DNA from: an uncultured cyanobacterium
GTDB taxonomy: Bacteria; Cyanobacteriota; Cyanobacteriia; Leptolyngbyales; Leptolyngbyaceae
Length of the DNA stretch: 64,000 nucleotides
Assembly (NCBI GenBank): GCA_963766075.1
Contig: CAVYAN010000101.1
Location: forward strand, 1-64,000
Reading direction: 5' to 3'
In this document: piece by piece, positions 21,080 to 31,903 of the stretch
Position numbering within the stretch: the stretch's first letter is position 1
How the letters are laid out: each line of letters starts with the position of its first letter
Notes under the pieces: model-generated
The model's input: only the letters and a program-made list of their open reading frames with translations
Databases searched by the model: none
What the model was told of the DNA's origin: nothing
Position numbers and translations under genes: made by a program

Positions 21080-23059
21080 ATGGGTTGGTTGACACGGTTG
21101 CTCGCGATCAGTTTGAGTGCGGTGATTCTCCTAGGCTGGGGGCCTGTGGCCCAGGCCGAGAGCAGCTTTCCGCCTAACGAAAACCTTGTGGTTGAGGGCA
21201 TTCCCCCTATCCCAACCTCTTTAGTCGAATCGGTGAATCGCTATACGGAATTTCGGTCGGCAAGCTTGGAATCGTGGCATCCCACCCAGCGGCAAATGCT
21301 AATTTCCACGCGGTTTTGCAATACAGCTCAGTTCCATGTGGTGCAGTTTCCTCTAGGCGATCGCCAACAAGTCACCTTCCTGCCGGAAGCCCCCAGTAAC
21401 GCCACCTATCAGCCCACTACGGGGGATTATTTCGTCTTTAGCAAAGACGTGGGGGGTAGCGAGTTTGACCAAAACTATCGCTATGATGTGGCCACGGGGG
21501 CGATTACCCTATTGACCGATGGCAAGTCCCAAAATACTCAGGGGATTTGGTCCAGTCGGGGCGATCGCATGGCCTACACCTCGACCCGCCGTAACGGTAA
21601 AGATCGCGATATTTATTTGATCGATCCCCTGAATCCCCGATCGGATCGATTACTGGCCTCCCTGGAGGGCGGTGGCTGGTATCCCTTGGATTGGTCCCCT
21701 GACGATCGCCAATTACTGCTGCTGGAGTTCATTTCCGCCAATGAAAGCCATCTGTGGCTGCTGAATACCCAAAGTGGCGATAAAACACCCCTCACCCCCC
21801 AAGAAAAGGACCCCATTGCCTACTCTGGAGCCCAATTCAGTCAGGATGGGAAGGGCGTGTACCTGATTAGCGATCGCCAATCGGAATTTCAGCGTCTCGC
21901 CTATTACAACTTAGCCAACCAGCGCTACACCGACCTGACTCGCCGCCTCAACTGGGATGTAGAAAGCTTTGATTTATCCCAAGACGGTAAGCATCTCGCC
22001 TTTGTTACCAATGAAGATGGAGCCAGCGTGCTGCACCTGCTGGATACGCGCACCGGGCGAGAGCAACCCCTGCCCAAACTGCCCATAGGTTTAGTTTCTG
22101 GCCTTTCTTGGCATCCCAATGGTAAAGATCTCGGCTTTACCCTAGTATCTGCGCGCTCCACCGCCGATGTCTATTCCCTGGACATCACTACCCAAAAAAT
22201 CGATCGCTGGACCCGCAGTGAGACGGGCGGCCTGAATACGGCCAATTTTTCTGAACCGGAATTAGTCCGCTGGAAAAGCTTTGACAATAAGGCGATTTCC
22301 GGATTTCTCTACCGCTCCATGGCCGCCAAGTTTCCTGGCAAGCGCCCAGTGATTATCAACATCCACGGCGGCCCAGAGGCCCAATATCGCCCTGTGTTCC
22401 TAGGCCGGATTAATTATTACATTAATGACTTAGGGGCGGCGCTGCTGTTTCCCAACGTGCGGGGTTCCTCTGGCTATGGCAAAACCTTTTTGAAGCTGGA
22501 TGATGGCTTTGCGCGCGAGGATGCCGTCAAGGATATTGGTGCGTTATTGGACTGGATTAAGACCCAGCCGGATTTAGACAGCGATCGCATCCTGGTCACC
22601 GGGGGTAGCTACGGCGGTTATATGTCCCTGGCCGTTGCGACAAAGTATAGCGATCGCATTCGGGCCGCCATTAATATTGTCGGCATTTCTAACTTTGTTA
22701 CCTTTCTAGAACGCACCGAAGCCTACCGCCGCGATCTGCGCCGCGTGGAGTACGGGGATGAACGCGATCCCAAAATGCGGGAATTCCAACTCAGGATTTC
22801 GCCCCTTAACAACGCAGCCAACATCAAAGTGCCGCTGTTTGTGATTCACGGCAAAAACGATCCCCGTGTGCCCTTGAACGAAGCCGAACAAATCGTGGCC
22901 ACTGTCCGCCAACAAGGGACCCCTGTCTGGTACCTGATGGCCCAGGATGAAGGCCACGGCTTTGCCAAAAAGAAAAATGTTGACTTTCAATTCTACGCCA
23001 CAGTGATGTTTTTGAAGCAGTATGTTTTGGGTGAATCAGCCCTAAGTCCACCGGGCTAA
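21080..23059 (+). CDS. S9 (prolyl oligopeptidase family) peptidase with signal peptide
   Basis: Beta-propeller region, IHGGPE, GGSYGG nucleophile, NDPRVP, DEGHGF. Confidence 0.9.
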   Translation: MGWLTRLLAISLSAVILLGWGPVAQAESSFPPNENLVVEGIPPIPTSLVESVNRYTEFRSASLESWHPTQRQMLISTRFCNTAQFHVVQFPLGDRQQVTFLPEAPSNATYQPTTGDYFVFSKDVGGSEFDQNYRYDVATGAITLLTDGKSQNTQGIWSSRGDRMAYTSTRRNGKDRDIYLIDPLNPRSDRLLASLEGGGWYPLDWSPDDRQLLLLEFISANESHLWLLNTQSGDKTPLTPQEKDPIAYSGAQFSQDGKGVYLISDRQSEFQRLAYYNLANQRYTDLTRRLNWDVESFDLSQDGKHLAFVTNEDGASVLHLLDTRTGREQPLPKLPIGLVSGLSWHPNGKDLGFTLVSARSTADVYSLDITTQKIDRWTRSETGGLNTANFSEPELVRWKSFDNKAISGFLYRSMAAKFPGKRPVIINIHGGPEAQYRPVFLGRINYYINDLGAALLFPNVRGSSGYGKTFLKLDDGFAREDAVKDIGALLDWIKTQPDLDSDRILVTGGSYGGYMSLAVATKYSDRIRAAINIVGISNFVTFLERTEAYRRDLRRVEYGDERDPKMREFQLRISPLNNAANIKVPLFVIHGKNDPRVPLNEAEQIVATVRQQGTPVWYLMAQDEGHGFAKKKNVDFQFYATVMFLKQYVLGESALSPPG

Positions 23060-23140
23060 CTGGGACACACTGGGCCAAAAACCTCTGCCCGCCGCAGAAC
23101 CCGAATCGCATTCCTGCCCGTCGGAGGTCTGGAATGCCGA

Positions 23141-23632
23141 TCAGGTGGTAGCTTTAGCATTGACTTGGCGCATCAGACTGGCCATTTCTAGGGCACTCAT
23201 GGCGTAGTTCCACCCCAAATTGCTCTTAATACCCGCGCGCTCTAGGGCTTGCTGTAGGGTGTCCGTGGTTAATACGCCAAAGATAATGGGGACACCGGTT
23301 TGCAGCCCCGTAGACGCAATCCCCTTTGCGACTTCACCCGCCACATAGTCAAAGTGGGGAGTTTGGCCTCGGATCACCGCCCCAAGACAAATGATGGCAT
23401 CATAGCGGTTGCTCAAGGCCAGTTGTCGCGCCACCATCGGTACTTCAAAGCTGCCAGGAACCCAGGCATAATCGACTTGTGAGCCTTCGGGATTGACGTC
23501 TACGCCATGCCGCTTCAGGCAATCTTGACAGCCTTCCAAAAGTTTGGTCGTGACCAGATCGTTGAATCGTCCAATGACGATCGCGAACTTCATCTGTTCT
23601 GACTGGGTAAATGTTCCTTCAAAAACTGCCAT
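23141..23632 (-). CDS. ribH: 6,7-dimethyl-8-ribityllumazine synthase
   Basis: [36 protein letters not shown]. Confidence 0.97.
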   Translation of the reverse strand: MAVFEGTFTQSEQMKFAIVIGRFNDLVTTKLLEGCQDCLKRHGVDVNPEGSQVDYAWVPGSFEVPMVARQLALSNRYDAIICLGAVIRGQTPHFDYVAGEVAKGIASTGLQTGVPIIFGVLTTDTLQQALERAGIKSNLGWNYAMSALEMASLMRQVNAKATT

Positions 23633-23891
23633 ACTCGTCCACCTGTTGACTGTTTTAGCCTAGTGAGTCAGCCTAGTTAATCTCTAGACTAAAATTTTGA
23701 GACATCAAATCCCCACCAGCATGGATACGGCGATCCGGAGCACCAAGCTGATGGGGTAAAGATGATTTTAATCCTGTGTTTTTATAACCCTGCTCTTGGC
23801 CACCCCCAGCGCAGCAAATTGGGCAGGGCCTAAGGGTTAGTCTTAAGCCGCTAAATACTTTTAAGCCACTCAATACTTAAACACTCAATAC

Positions 23892-24080
23892 TTAAGCCAC
23901 TAAATAATTGAGCAGTCCGAGGGCAAACACGAGCGCTGCCCACACCCCAGACCCCAGCAGGATAATTTTCTTGGATTGGTCCCAATTTTGGGGCGATGCC
24001 AATGCCACTGGCACCCCAACCACCATCACAAAAGACAGCATCACAAAAGATGCAAGCACAAGCTGGAACAGAATCGTCAT
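23892..24080 (-). CDS. psbZ: Photosystem II protein Z
   Basis: MTILFQL...[22 protein letters not shown], 62 aa. Confidence 0.95.
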   Translation of the reverse strand: MTILFQLVLASFVMLSFVMVVGVPVALASPQNWDQSKKIILLGSGVWAALVFALGLLNYLVA

Positions 24081-24207
24081 TTCGTTAAAGCCTCCCGACG
24101 TAGCAATCGCTTCAGCAACTAGGACATTAATATGGAGGTGGTCTATAAACACCTCTGGATAGTACGCTATCAGAAAACTGCTACCAACTGATGAGGGATT
24201 TTGGATT

Positions 24208-26025
24208 TTGGCGGGACGTGCATTTTTCCCAGAGCTAACGGCACGAGCAGTCATGTCAACAGCGGTTCCCCAGGTTTCGGCCCAAACCTCTGTTGCTGAG
24301 GCTTTGAATTGCTTTTCAGGGCCACAGGACACCCATTTATGGGTCACGGATGGGTCAAACCGATTGGTGGGTAAGGTGGGCCAACGGGATTTGGCCTTGG
24401 CTGCACATTATGGCTGTGGGGCTGCGGCTGTACAGGCCCATATGGATGAACATGTGCGGGCGATCGCCCCTGACACGCCGCTCTCTGAGGTTGAATTTCT
24501 GCTAACAACCCACGCTCTGTCGGCTTTGCCGGTGGTGGAGCAGGGCCAACTGGTCGGTATGGTATCCCAGGCCGATGTTTGTGCGGCACCGGTGTCGCCC
24601 CACCCGTCTCATCCCATGTCCCACGCCTTTTTATTGCCCCTGTTGCAGCAGCGATTGGTGCCTGAACTCTGGCAAGTGCTGACGGTGGCAGCCTTGTTAG
24701 CAGGACAGCGCGGTTGGCAGCTTTATATCGTCGGGGGAGCGGTGCGGGATGTGCTGCGAATGCTCATGCAAGGAACTGGGGGCAGTGGCAGCCTTTTGTT
24801 AGAAGATATTGATTTGGTGGTGGACGGAGGCGATCGCCCTGCCGACGGGGGGGCAGGGGTGGAACTGGCGACGGCGCTACAGAGTTGGTACCCGGCGTCA
24901 CGCTTAGAGATTTATGGCAAGTTTCAAACCGCTGCTTTGCGCTGGCAAGACGATCCTAGCTTGCGGTCCCTCGGATTGGATGTGGCTACTGCCCGCACGG
25001 AATTTTATCCCTACCCAGCGGCCAATCCTCAGGTGTCTCCCAGTTCCATTGAGTCTGATATGTATCGCCGCGACTTTACCATCAACGCTATGGCGATTCG
25101 CCTGACCGAATCCGGTGCCCAGGGACAGGTTGGAGAGCTACTGGATTTCTACGGTGGAGTCAGTGATTTGCAGCATCAACAGGTGCGGGTATTGCATGCC
25201 CATAGCTTTATTGAAGATCCGACGCGAATTTACCGAGCGGTGCGGTTTGCCGTGCGGTTGGGGTTTGAGGTGGAATCCCAGACGGAACGCTGGATTCGGG
25301 CGGCGATCGCCAGTGGCATCTATCCGCAGGTCCAATGCCAACAGGCGATCGTCCCGGCGCTGCAAACCCGCCTCAAAGCCGAACTGAAGTACCTGTTCCA
25401 AACATCCTATTGGCAACCCGCGCTGCGCAAGCTGGCCGATCTCGGCGCATTGCGCTGCTTACATCCCGCCCTCAACCTCGATGCCGACCTGTGGCGACAA
25501 CTGCGCCTTGCGGCACGATGCCAGCGGAGTACTGTCGTGCCGCCGTCGATCGCGGCCCTGCCGCGCTGGGAACTGCTACTCACCCTGATGATTGCCCGTC
25601 TTGATCCACCGGATCGTCAGAGGGTCGCTCAAACCTTGACGTTTGGAGTAGAGCGACTGGCCGCGATCGCCCCTGCCGAAACGGACATCCTGGAAAAACT
25701 GGTCCACTGCGATCGCCCGAGTGCCGTCCGACAACTCTTACAGCCCTATGACAGCGGCTTGCTAGTCATCCTGGCGATCCGCTGCCCCCGGAGCGTCATG
25801 ACCCCAGCCGGTCAGCCGATTCGCCGCCTGCTTGGCCGTTACGTTATGGAATGGTCCAAAATTAAGCCGCCCTTAGATGGCAAGGCACTGAAAAAGCTCG
25901 GCTATGAATCCGGTCCCGAGTTTCGGCAGATTTTGGAGGCTTTGACTGCTGCCACAGTAGACGGGGAGATTCGCGATCGTCAGGATGCCTTGGCCTTGCT
26001 GGCGCGGCAGTTTCCTCGGGGTTAG
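24208..26025 (+). CDS. CBS-domain tRNA nucleotidyltransferase (A-adding type) / poly(A) polymerase family; start uncertain
   Basis: CBS pair, then [30 protein letters not shown] and [12 protein letters not shown]. Confidence 0.85.
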   Translation: MAGRAFFPELTARAVMSTAVPQVSAQTSVAEALNCFSGPQDTHLWVTDGSNRLVGKVGQRDLALAAHYGCGAAAVQAHMDEHVRAIAPDTPLSEVEFLLTTHALSALPVVEQGQLVGMVSQADVCAAPVSPHPSHPMSHAFLLPLLQQRLVPELWQVLTVAALLAGQRGWQLYIVGGAVRDVLRMLMQGTGGSGSLLLEDIDLVVDGGDRPADGGAGVELATALQSWYPASRLEIYGKFQTAALRWQDDPSLRSLGLDVATARTEFYPYPAANPQVSPSSIESDMYRRDFTINAMAIRLTESGAQGQVGELLDFYGGVSDLQHQQVRVLHAHSFIEDPTRIYRAVRFAVRLGFEVESQTERWIRAAIASGIYPQVQCQQAIVPALQTRLKAELKYLFQTSYWQPALRKLADLGALRCLHPALNLDADLWRQLRLAARCQRSTVVPPSIAALPRWELLLTLMIARLDPPDRQRVAQTLTFGVERLAAIAPAETDILEKLVHCDRPSAVRQLLQPYDSGLLVILAIRCPRSVMTPAGQPIRRLLGRYVMEWSKIKPPLDGKALKKLGYESGPEFRQILEALTAATVDGEIRDRQDALALLARQFPRG

Positions 26026-26026
26026 G

Positions 26027-27061
26027 CTAGAGCCGAATGTCTTTAAGCGCACTGCGGGGATCCGCACTCCGGCTAGCGCGCAGTTTTTCATAGAGATCCC
26101 GCTCGACCGCCGTAATCTCCTTGGGTGCAACGATGATGACTTTAACCAGCTGGTCGGTGCGATCGCCCTTGGGATTGGTCCACCCCTTGCCGCGCAAGCG
26201 CAAAGACTGGCCAGACCGAATGCCCATGGGAATGTTGACTTTTACCAAACCGTCTGGCGTGGGCACATCAATCGCGGCTCCGAGAACCGCTTCATCCGGG
26301 GCGATCGCCACTTCGCACACCAGATTCTCTCCCTCAAATTGGAAAAAGGGGTGGGGCGTAATGGCAACGTTTAAATACAAGTCGCCCCGCTGCGTGGTGT
26401 AATGCGGGCTAAAGCGTCCCTTGCCGCGCACCCGAATCCGACTCCCAGGCTTGGCCCCCGGTGGAATCCGCACTTCAAATTCCTCTGTTCCAACAGATAG
26501 TCGCTTCTGGACTCCGCGAAATGCTTCTGATAAGGAGAGGGTAATCGTGGCTTCGCTGTCTAGCCCCGTCGGAGACTCACTGCCCGTCTCGCGAAAGCCT
26601 GTGGGGCCGCTGGAGGATGTGGCCGTGCGATAGCTGGCGCGGGAGTTGTACCCAGGCGGATTGCTGAACCCAGCACCGGACGCGGTGCCGGTGCCCATCC
26701 GCCCTAGCAAGGTGTTGATGAACTCGTCAAAACTCTGGTACTGCCCAAATTCAAAGGAGTCAAAGTCGCTGCCCCCCTTACTGAAGGGGTTACCGCCCCC
26801 AAAGGGCGATCCGCTTCCGGCACCGGCCTGTCGCCAGTACTGGCCAAATTGATCGTATTGGCGGCGCTTGTCAGCATCAGACAGGACTTCATAAGCCTCG
26901 CTGACTTCTTTGAAATGGGCTTCAGCGGCTTTATCACCGGGATTCATGTCCGGATGATACTGTCGTGCCAACCGCCGAAACGATTTTTTGATTTCGTCTG
27001 CGCTTGCTGTTTTGCTGATCCCCAATATGGAGTAGTAGTCCTTGAAGTCAGTCGCCGCCAT
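26027..27061 (-). CDS. Class II DnaJ/CbpA-like co-chaperone
   Basis: J domain (DYYSILG, YHPD), G/F-rich linker, C-terminal domain, no zinc finger. Confidence 0.92.
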   Translation of the reverse strand: MAATDFKDYYSILGISKTASADEIKKSFRRLARQYHPDMNPGDKAAEAHFKEVSEAYEVLSDADKRRQYDQFGQYWRQAGAGSGSPFGGGNPFSKGGSDFDSFEFGQYQSFDEFINTLLGRMGTGTASGAGFSNPPGYNSRASYRTATSSSGPTGFRETGSESPTGLDSEATITLSLSEAFRGVQKRLSVGTEEFEVRIPPGAKPGSRIRVRGKGRFSPHYTTQRGDLYLNVAITPHPFFQFEGENLVCEVAIAPDEAVLGAAIDVPTPDGLVKVNIPMGIRSGQSLRLRGKGWTNPKGDRTDQLVKVIIVAPKEITAVERDLYEKLRASRSADPRSALKDIRL

Positions 27062-27102
27062 GCCGCCTCTCTTGTAGCCGTGTTGCCTGAATTCTAACCG
27101 CT

Positions 27103-27149
27103 GATAACCGTTTCCACAGTGACCGTAGATAACCGTTTCCACAGTGACC
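27103..27149. repeat. 22-bp direct repeat, period 25
   Basis: GATAACCGTTTCCACAGTGACC twice, upstream of the dnaJ-like gene. Confidence 0.85.
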
Positions 27150-27409
27150 CGTTAGCTTTACGAGTCTATTTCAGCATGCTCAGAATATCTTCCTCACTTT
27201 AAGGTAACAAATCCCATTCTGGATAGAACTGGCGGGCCGATCTAGAACGGTGGAAATATCCGAATATCCGGAACCTGATATCCGGAACCTGACATCCGGA
27301 TATCGGCCACAGCCCAGCGCACACCACAGCCCAGCGCATGCCAAAGGCCGTCAGACCAAGGGGCAAGCGGTTTTGGGAGAGAATTTTTGCTTGCTGCTCC
27401 CCTACGGTA

Positions 27410-27838
27410 CTAGCTCATTGACTCTTGGAGCTGAATGGCGATGCGTTCGCCAAATTCGGGGTCATTGTTGGCTAAACCGAGGAGTTGAATATATTCTTGG
27501 CGAGTGAGTCCAGCAGTTTCGATGGTGGCGATCGCCTCTTTCTCGATTTCTTGCTCAATCCGGCGCGATTCGGATTCGGTTTCTGCCCCCTGGAGTTCAC
27601 CTTCGCGCCGTTCAATCAGTGCCACGACTTGGAGATACGCATTCACGAACTGATTGACCTTTTCTGATGGAATATCGCCAGGATCCATGCCAGAGCGGCT
27701 AGGCGCAATTTGTTCAGTTGGCACTTCCGCCGTAGGGGGGACGGCGGTTTGGGCAAGGCTAGCGGGCTGTCCATTCAGTCCAATCCAGCAAAAGACGGTC
27801 ATCCAGAATAGGACAATGGCGCGGAGGCAAATCGACAT
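27410..27838 (-). CDS. DUF4168-like secreted protein
   Basis: Signal-like N-terminus; KVNQFVNAY..AIATIETAGLTRQEY..NDPEFGERI pattern. Confidence 0.7.
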   Translation of the reverse strand: MSICLRAIVLFWMTVFCWIGLNGQPASLAQTAVPPTAEVPTEQIAPSRSGMDPGDIPSEKVNQFVNAYLQVVALIERREGELQGAETESESRRIEQEIEKEAIATIETAGLTRQEYIQLLGLANNDPEFGERIAIQLQESMS

Positions 27839-27867
27839 GGGGCAGGGGTCGTAGGGGCGTGTCAAAA

Positions 27868-28626
27868 ATGGGAATGAAGCTAAGGCCAGTTTTTATTGTA
27901 GGGGTTTTCATGGTCGGAGGGCTGGGAGGAGTAGCAGCGCTACTGGTCCGTTCGCCCAGCGCAAAACTCTGGTGGCTATGGGTCCGGCGGCAATGCCCAG
28001 GCTGTGACTTGCAGAATGTGACCCTGAGTCAGCAAAATTTGCGTGGATTCAATCTTCAAGGCGCGAATTTGCAAGGAGCTAATCTCCGAGGTGCAAATCT
28101 CCGGGATGCAAATCTTCGGGGCGCGAATTTACAGGAGGCCGATTTGCAAAAGGCCAATTTGCAGGGGGCCAATTTAGGGGCGGCGAATCTACGCGCGATT
28201 AGGGCAAAGGAAGCAGATTTGCGTGAAGCAGTAATAGAAGCTGGTAATTTGCGGCAGAGTGATCTAAAAGGGGCGGATTTGCGGGGGGCAGATCTGATTC
28301 AGGCGGATTTGAGCGGAGCCAATTTGAGTGAGGCCAATTTGCAGGGGGTGCGGCTAACGCGGGCGATTTTGCCTCGGACGGATTTAAGTTTGGCCAATTT
28401 ACAGCAGGCTGAGTTACGACAGGCGAATTTGGAGGGAGCCAATCTGAGCGGCAGCAATCTGATGGGGGCAGACTTAGGGCAGGCGAATGTGCAGCAGGCC
28501 AATTTGGGCTATGCCGATTTGGAAAATGCCAATTTGCGGGGGGCGGATTTGCGACGATCGCACCTGCACGGCGTCAACATGTTTGGCACGAACTTTGGCG
28601 AAACGCAGATGCCCGATAATCGGTAG
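27868..28626 (+). CDS. Pentapeptide repeat protein
   Basis: CPGCDL followed by many A(D/N)Lxx repeats. Confidence 0.93.
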   Translation: MGMKLRPVFIVGVFMVGGLGGVAALLVRSPSAKLWWLWVRRQCPGCDLQNVTLSQQNLRGFNLQGANLQGANLRGANLRDANLRGANLQEADLQKANLQGANLGAANLRAIRAKEADLREAVIEAGNLRQSDLKGADLRGADLIQADLSGANLSEANLQGVRLTRAILPRTDLSLANLQQAELRQANLEGANLSGSNLMGADLGQANVQQANLGYADLENANLRGADLRRSHLHGVNMFGTNFGETQMPDNR

Positions 28627-28735
28627 GTGAGAGAGTGCGTCTAGATGTCTGCATTACCCGGTAGCTCTTTGGTTGGGGCTATCCGCTGGGTTCATTTTTG
28701 TCAGCCCCATCGCCCTTTACCCCCGACGTTCAACC

Positions 28736-28945
28736 ATGCGGATTTTAAAAGCTGTCCCCAGATCGATCGCCCTATTGTGCTTGATTAGTGGTGTAGGCGT
28801 GGGTGGGGCGATCGCCTATCGCGCCCTCAATGTCCCCCAGGACTGTGTGCGCCTCAACACCACTGGAGGCCAGGAAGTGACCTACAGCCGGGGCTGTTTG
28901 CATCCTCAGAAATATAAGAAATGGGTAATTACGGCATCGAGATGA
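28736..28945 (+). CDS. Small hypothetical membrane/secreted protein
   Basis: ATG-started ORF with one hydrophobic segment, filling the intergenic gap. Confidence 0.45.
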   Translation: MRILKAVPRSIALLCLISGVGVGGAIAYRALNVPQDCVRLNTTGGQEVTYSRGCLHPQKYKKWVITASR

Positions 28946-29080
28946 TGCTGGCAACGGCAGTCGATGCTGGCGGCAGCACGTGATGGTGTGAATGATCCCT
29001 AAATTCTTTGCAAAGCAAATCTACCCACTGGCCCTCGTCCCGATACACTGAGGACAAACAAAATTCGATAGGACGGGGTT

Positions 29081-30666
29081 ATGGATGCAGCAGCGCTCTG
29101 GCAACGCTACCAAGATTGGTTGTACTACCACGCCGGATTAGGACTATACCTCAATATCAGTCGGATGCGGTTTGATGATGCCTTTGTCGCGGCGATGGAG
29201 CCTAAGTTCGACAAAGCGTTTCAGGATATGGCGGCGTTGGAAGCGGGGCGATCGCCAATCCCGATGAACAGCGCATGGTGGGGCACTACTGGCTGCGAGA
29301 TGCGGACCTCGCACCCACCCCGGAACTCAAGCAAGACATCCGGCACACCCTGGATCAAATTTCCACCTTTGTGCAGAAAGTCCACAATGGTGACGTCCGT
29401 CCGCCGCAATCCCTCAAATTTACTGACGTCCTGTCTATTGGCATTGGGGGATCGGCACTAGGTCCACAGTTCGTGTCAGAAGCGCTGACGGCAGATGCTC
29501 CCCCAATGCAGGTGCACTTTTTTGATAACACCGATCCCGCAGGCATGGACCGGGTGCTCCATCGACTACGGCCTCGGTTAGCCAGCACCCTGGTGATTGT
29601 GATTTCTAAATCGGGCGGGACGCCGGAAACCCGCAACGGCATGCTAGAGGCCAAGCAGTTCTTCACCGCTAACGGCTTAGATTTTGCCCGTCAAGCGGTG
29701 GCCGTGACTGGCGTCGGCAGTGCCATGGATCAATTGGCTCAGGCAGAGGGCTGGTTGGCCCGGTTCCCGATGTATGACTGGATTGGCGGGCGCACCTCGG
29801 AACTTTCGGCGGTGGGGCTACTGCCTGCGGCTTTGCAAGGCATTGATATCACGGCGATGTTGGCGGGGGCCCAGGAAATGGACGCGGCTACTCGCAATCC
29901 CCTACTGAGACAAAACCCGGCAGCCCTACTGGCACTGGCCTGGTACTTTGCGGGTAACGGCAAGGGCGAAAAAGATATGGTTGTTCTCCCCTATAAGGAT
30001 AGTCTGCTGCTGTTTAGTCGCTATCTGCAACAACTGGTGATGGAGTCGTTGGGCAAGGAAAAAGATCTCGATGGCAATACGGTGTATCAGGGGATTGCGG
30101 TTTATGGCAATAAGGGATCGACTGACCAGCACGCTTACGTTCAGCAACTGCGAGAAGGCGTGCCCAACTTTTTTCTCACGTTTATCGAAGTGTTACAGGA
30201 TCGCCGGGGAGCATCCCTGGAGGTGGAGGCCGGCGTGACATCGGGGGACTACCTCTCAGGGCTACTTCAAGGGACCCGGCAAGCGCTGTACGAAAATCAG
30301 CGGGACTCGATTACGGTGACGATTCCGGAGGTGACGCCGCGCCAGGTCGGGGCATTGATTGCCTTGTATGAGCGGGCTGTGGGACTGTATGCCTTCGTTG
30401 TGCATATCAATGCATATCACCAGCCCGGTGTGGAAGCCGGCAAGAAGGCGGCAGCGACCATTTTGACGTTGCAGAGTCAGGCGCTGCGGGTGCTGCGGGA
30501 AGCCACAGGGCCGATTTATCTGACAGATCTGGCGGTGAAAACCGGTGCCCCTGACCAGATGGAGACGCTGTATAAAATCCTCCGCCATTTGGAAGCCAAT
30601 CAGCGTGGAGTGACGTTGGCAGGAAATCCCGCGCAGCCCAATCATCTGAAGGTCAGCTTGTCTTAG
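29081..30666 (+). CDS. pgi: Glucose-6-phosphate isomerase; frameshift in the G run near 29245-29248
   Basis: Adding one G restores [60 protein letters not shown]. Confidence 0.95.
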
Positions 30667-31549
30667 CCGTTGGCGACTGAGTTGCGGGTTGGACACTGGA
30701 CGATGGAGCGGGGATTGTTGGCGCGGCAACCATGGCCCACCCCAAGCGGGTGGGTTGTTCATAAATCCGCTTCAGCGTGTTTACGTCGCGGGGAGAAATT
30801 AATGGGGGTTGGCGGACTTGGGAAAAGTAGAGGGCATCGGTGGCCTGCGGGCTATGTCCCCAAATTCCCAAGGCGTGCCCCAGTTCGTGACGGGCCGTCG
30901 CTAGGGTGTAGCTGGCGGGTTGATTCGGATGAATGTGGATGGTGAAGCGCGCCATGAGGCGGGAATTCGAAGGAGTTTCCGCCTGTGGGGCGGGCTGAAT
31001 CTTCGAGGGTGCGTCGGGTTGTGTATACAGTTCAAAGCGGGTTTCGGCAGTCCGGGCGCGGGGGATCGCGGGCTGGCCCGCGATCGCGGGTGCTAATCGC
31101 AATGGTGGAGCTTTGCGCCAGATGGTGATGTCGGCCCCGGCGGGTTGGGTGACCTGCTGCAAAGGCAGGTAGGCGTGCCATTCCGCGATCGCGGCCTGCA
31201 TGGCCTCTATCCAAGCCTGCGCCCGTTGGGCTTCAAAACTTCCCCTGGCCGTGCTGCCGAGGGGCTCTACAAAGACTTTAATGGGAAACTCAGACCATAC
31301 CAGATAGCCAACATTCACAGGTTTGATTTGGTCGAAATAATCCCCTGATTGACTGGGATCACGCCACTGGGCCAGAGCCGGAGGGAGAGGATGGATTGCA
31401 GGGACGGGGAAGATAGCGGGCAGAGGTTGAGCGATCGCAAAAATGGGCATGACAACTGCGATCGCCATGCCCATCAGGCTCGCCACTAGTAAAACGAGCC
31501 ATCGCCGCCCAAAGACGCGCGATCGCACACTGGATTCACCCATATCCAC
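30653..31549 (-). CDS. Zinc metallopeptidase (matrixin/M10-like)
   Basis: [13 protein letters not shown] motif and an N-terminal TM segment. Confidence 0.85.
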   Translation of the reverse strand: MDMGESSVRSRVFGRRWLVLLVASLMGMAIAVVMPIFAIAQPLPAIFPVPAIHPLPPALAQWRDPSQSGDYFDQIKPVNVGYLVWSEFPIKVFVEPLGSTARGSFEAQRAQAWIEAMQAAIAEWHAYLPLQQVTQPAGADITIWRKAPPLRLAPAIAGQPAIPRARTAETRFELYTQPDAPSKIQPAPQAETPSNSRLMARFTIHIHPNQPASYTLATARHELGHALGIWGHSPQATDALYFSQVRQPPLISPRDVNTLKRIYEQPTRLGWAMVAAPTIPAPSSSVQPATQSPTAKTS

Positions 31550-31621
31550 GCTTCAAGGCAACCATTTCAGACTGCCACTCCAGACTGCTATTTAGGCCAG
31601 ACGGCCACTTGGGCCAGACGG

Positions 31622-31855
31622 CTACTTGGGCAACCAATTCGCGCTAAGAACCACGGCTAAACCCATGAACACCACCGTCAAAATCCAGGTGACTCGGTTG
31701 AGCGTTGTTTCTGCACTTTTGGTGCTGGTAAACAGTTGCGCTTGGCCGCCCAGCCCACCCAAACCGTCGCCCTTGGGACTGTGCAGGAGGACAAGAACAA
31801 TTAAGCCAAGGGCAGAAAACGCCCAAACGCCTTGAAGAATCGTGGTAATGGTCAT
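31622..31855 (-). CDS. secG: Preprotein translocase subunit SecG
   Basis: LVLLHSPKGDGLGGLGGQAQLFTSTKSAETTLNRVTW. Confidence 0.95.
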   Translation of the reverse strand: MTITTILQGVWAFSALGLIVLVLLHSPKGDGLGGLGGQAQLFTSTKSAETTLNRVTWILTVVFMGLAVVLSANWLPK

Positions 31856-31903
31856 GGGAAAAGTCTTAAGAAAGCTCTTACTAGAGTAGCAGTCTGAGGA
31901 GCA

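Noticed and set aside
27103..27149. DnaA boxes / oriC
   Set aside because: GTTTCCACA mismatches the box, there are only two copies arising from a duplication, and no dnaA or dnaN is nearby.
29081..30666. pgi as a true pseudogene
   Set aside because: A single missing G in a homopolymer within an otherwise intact core enzyme is more likely a sequencing error.
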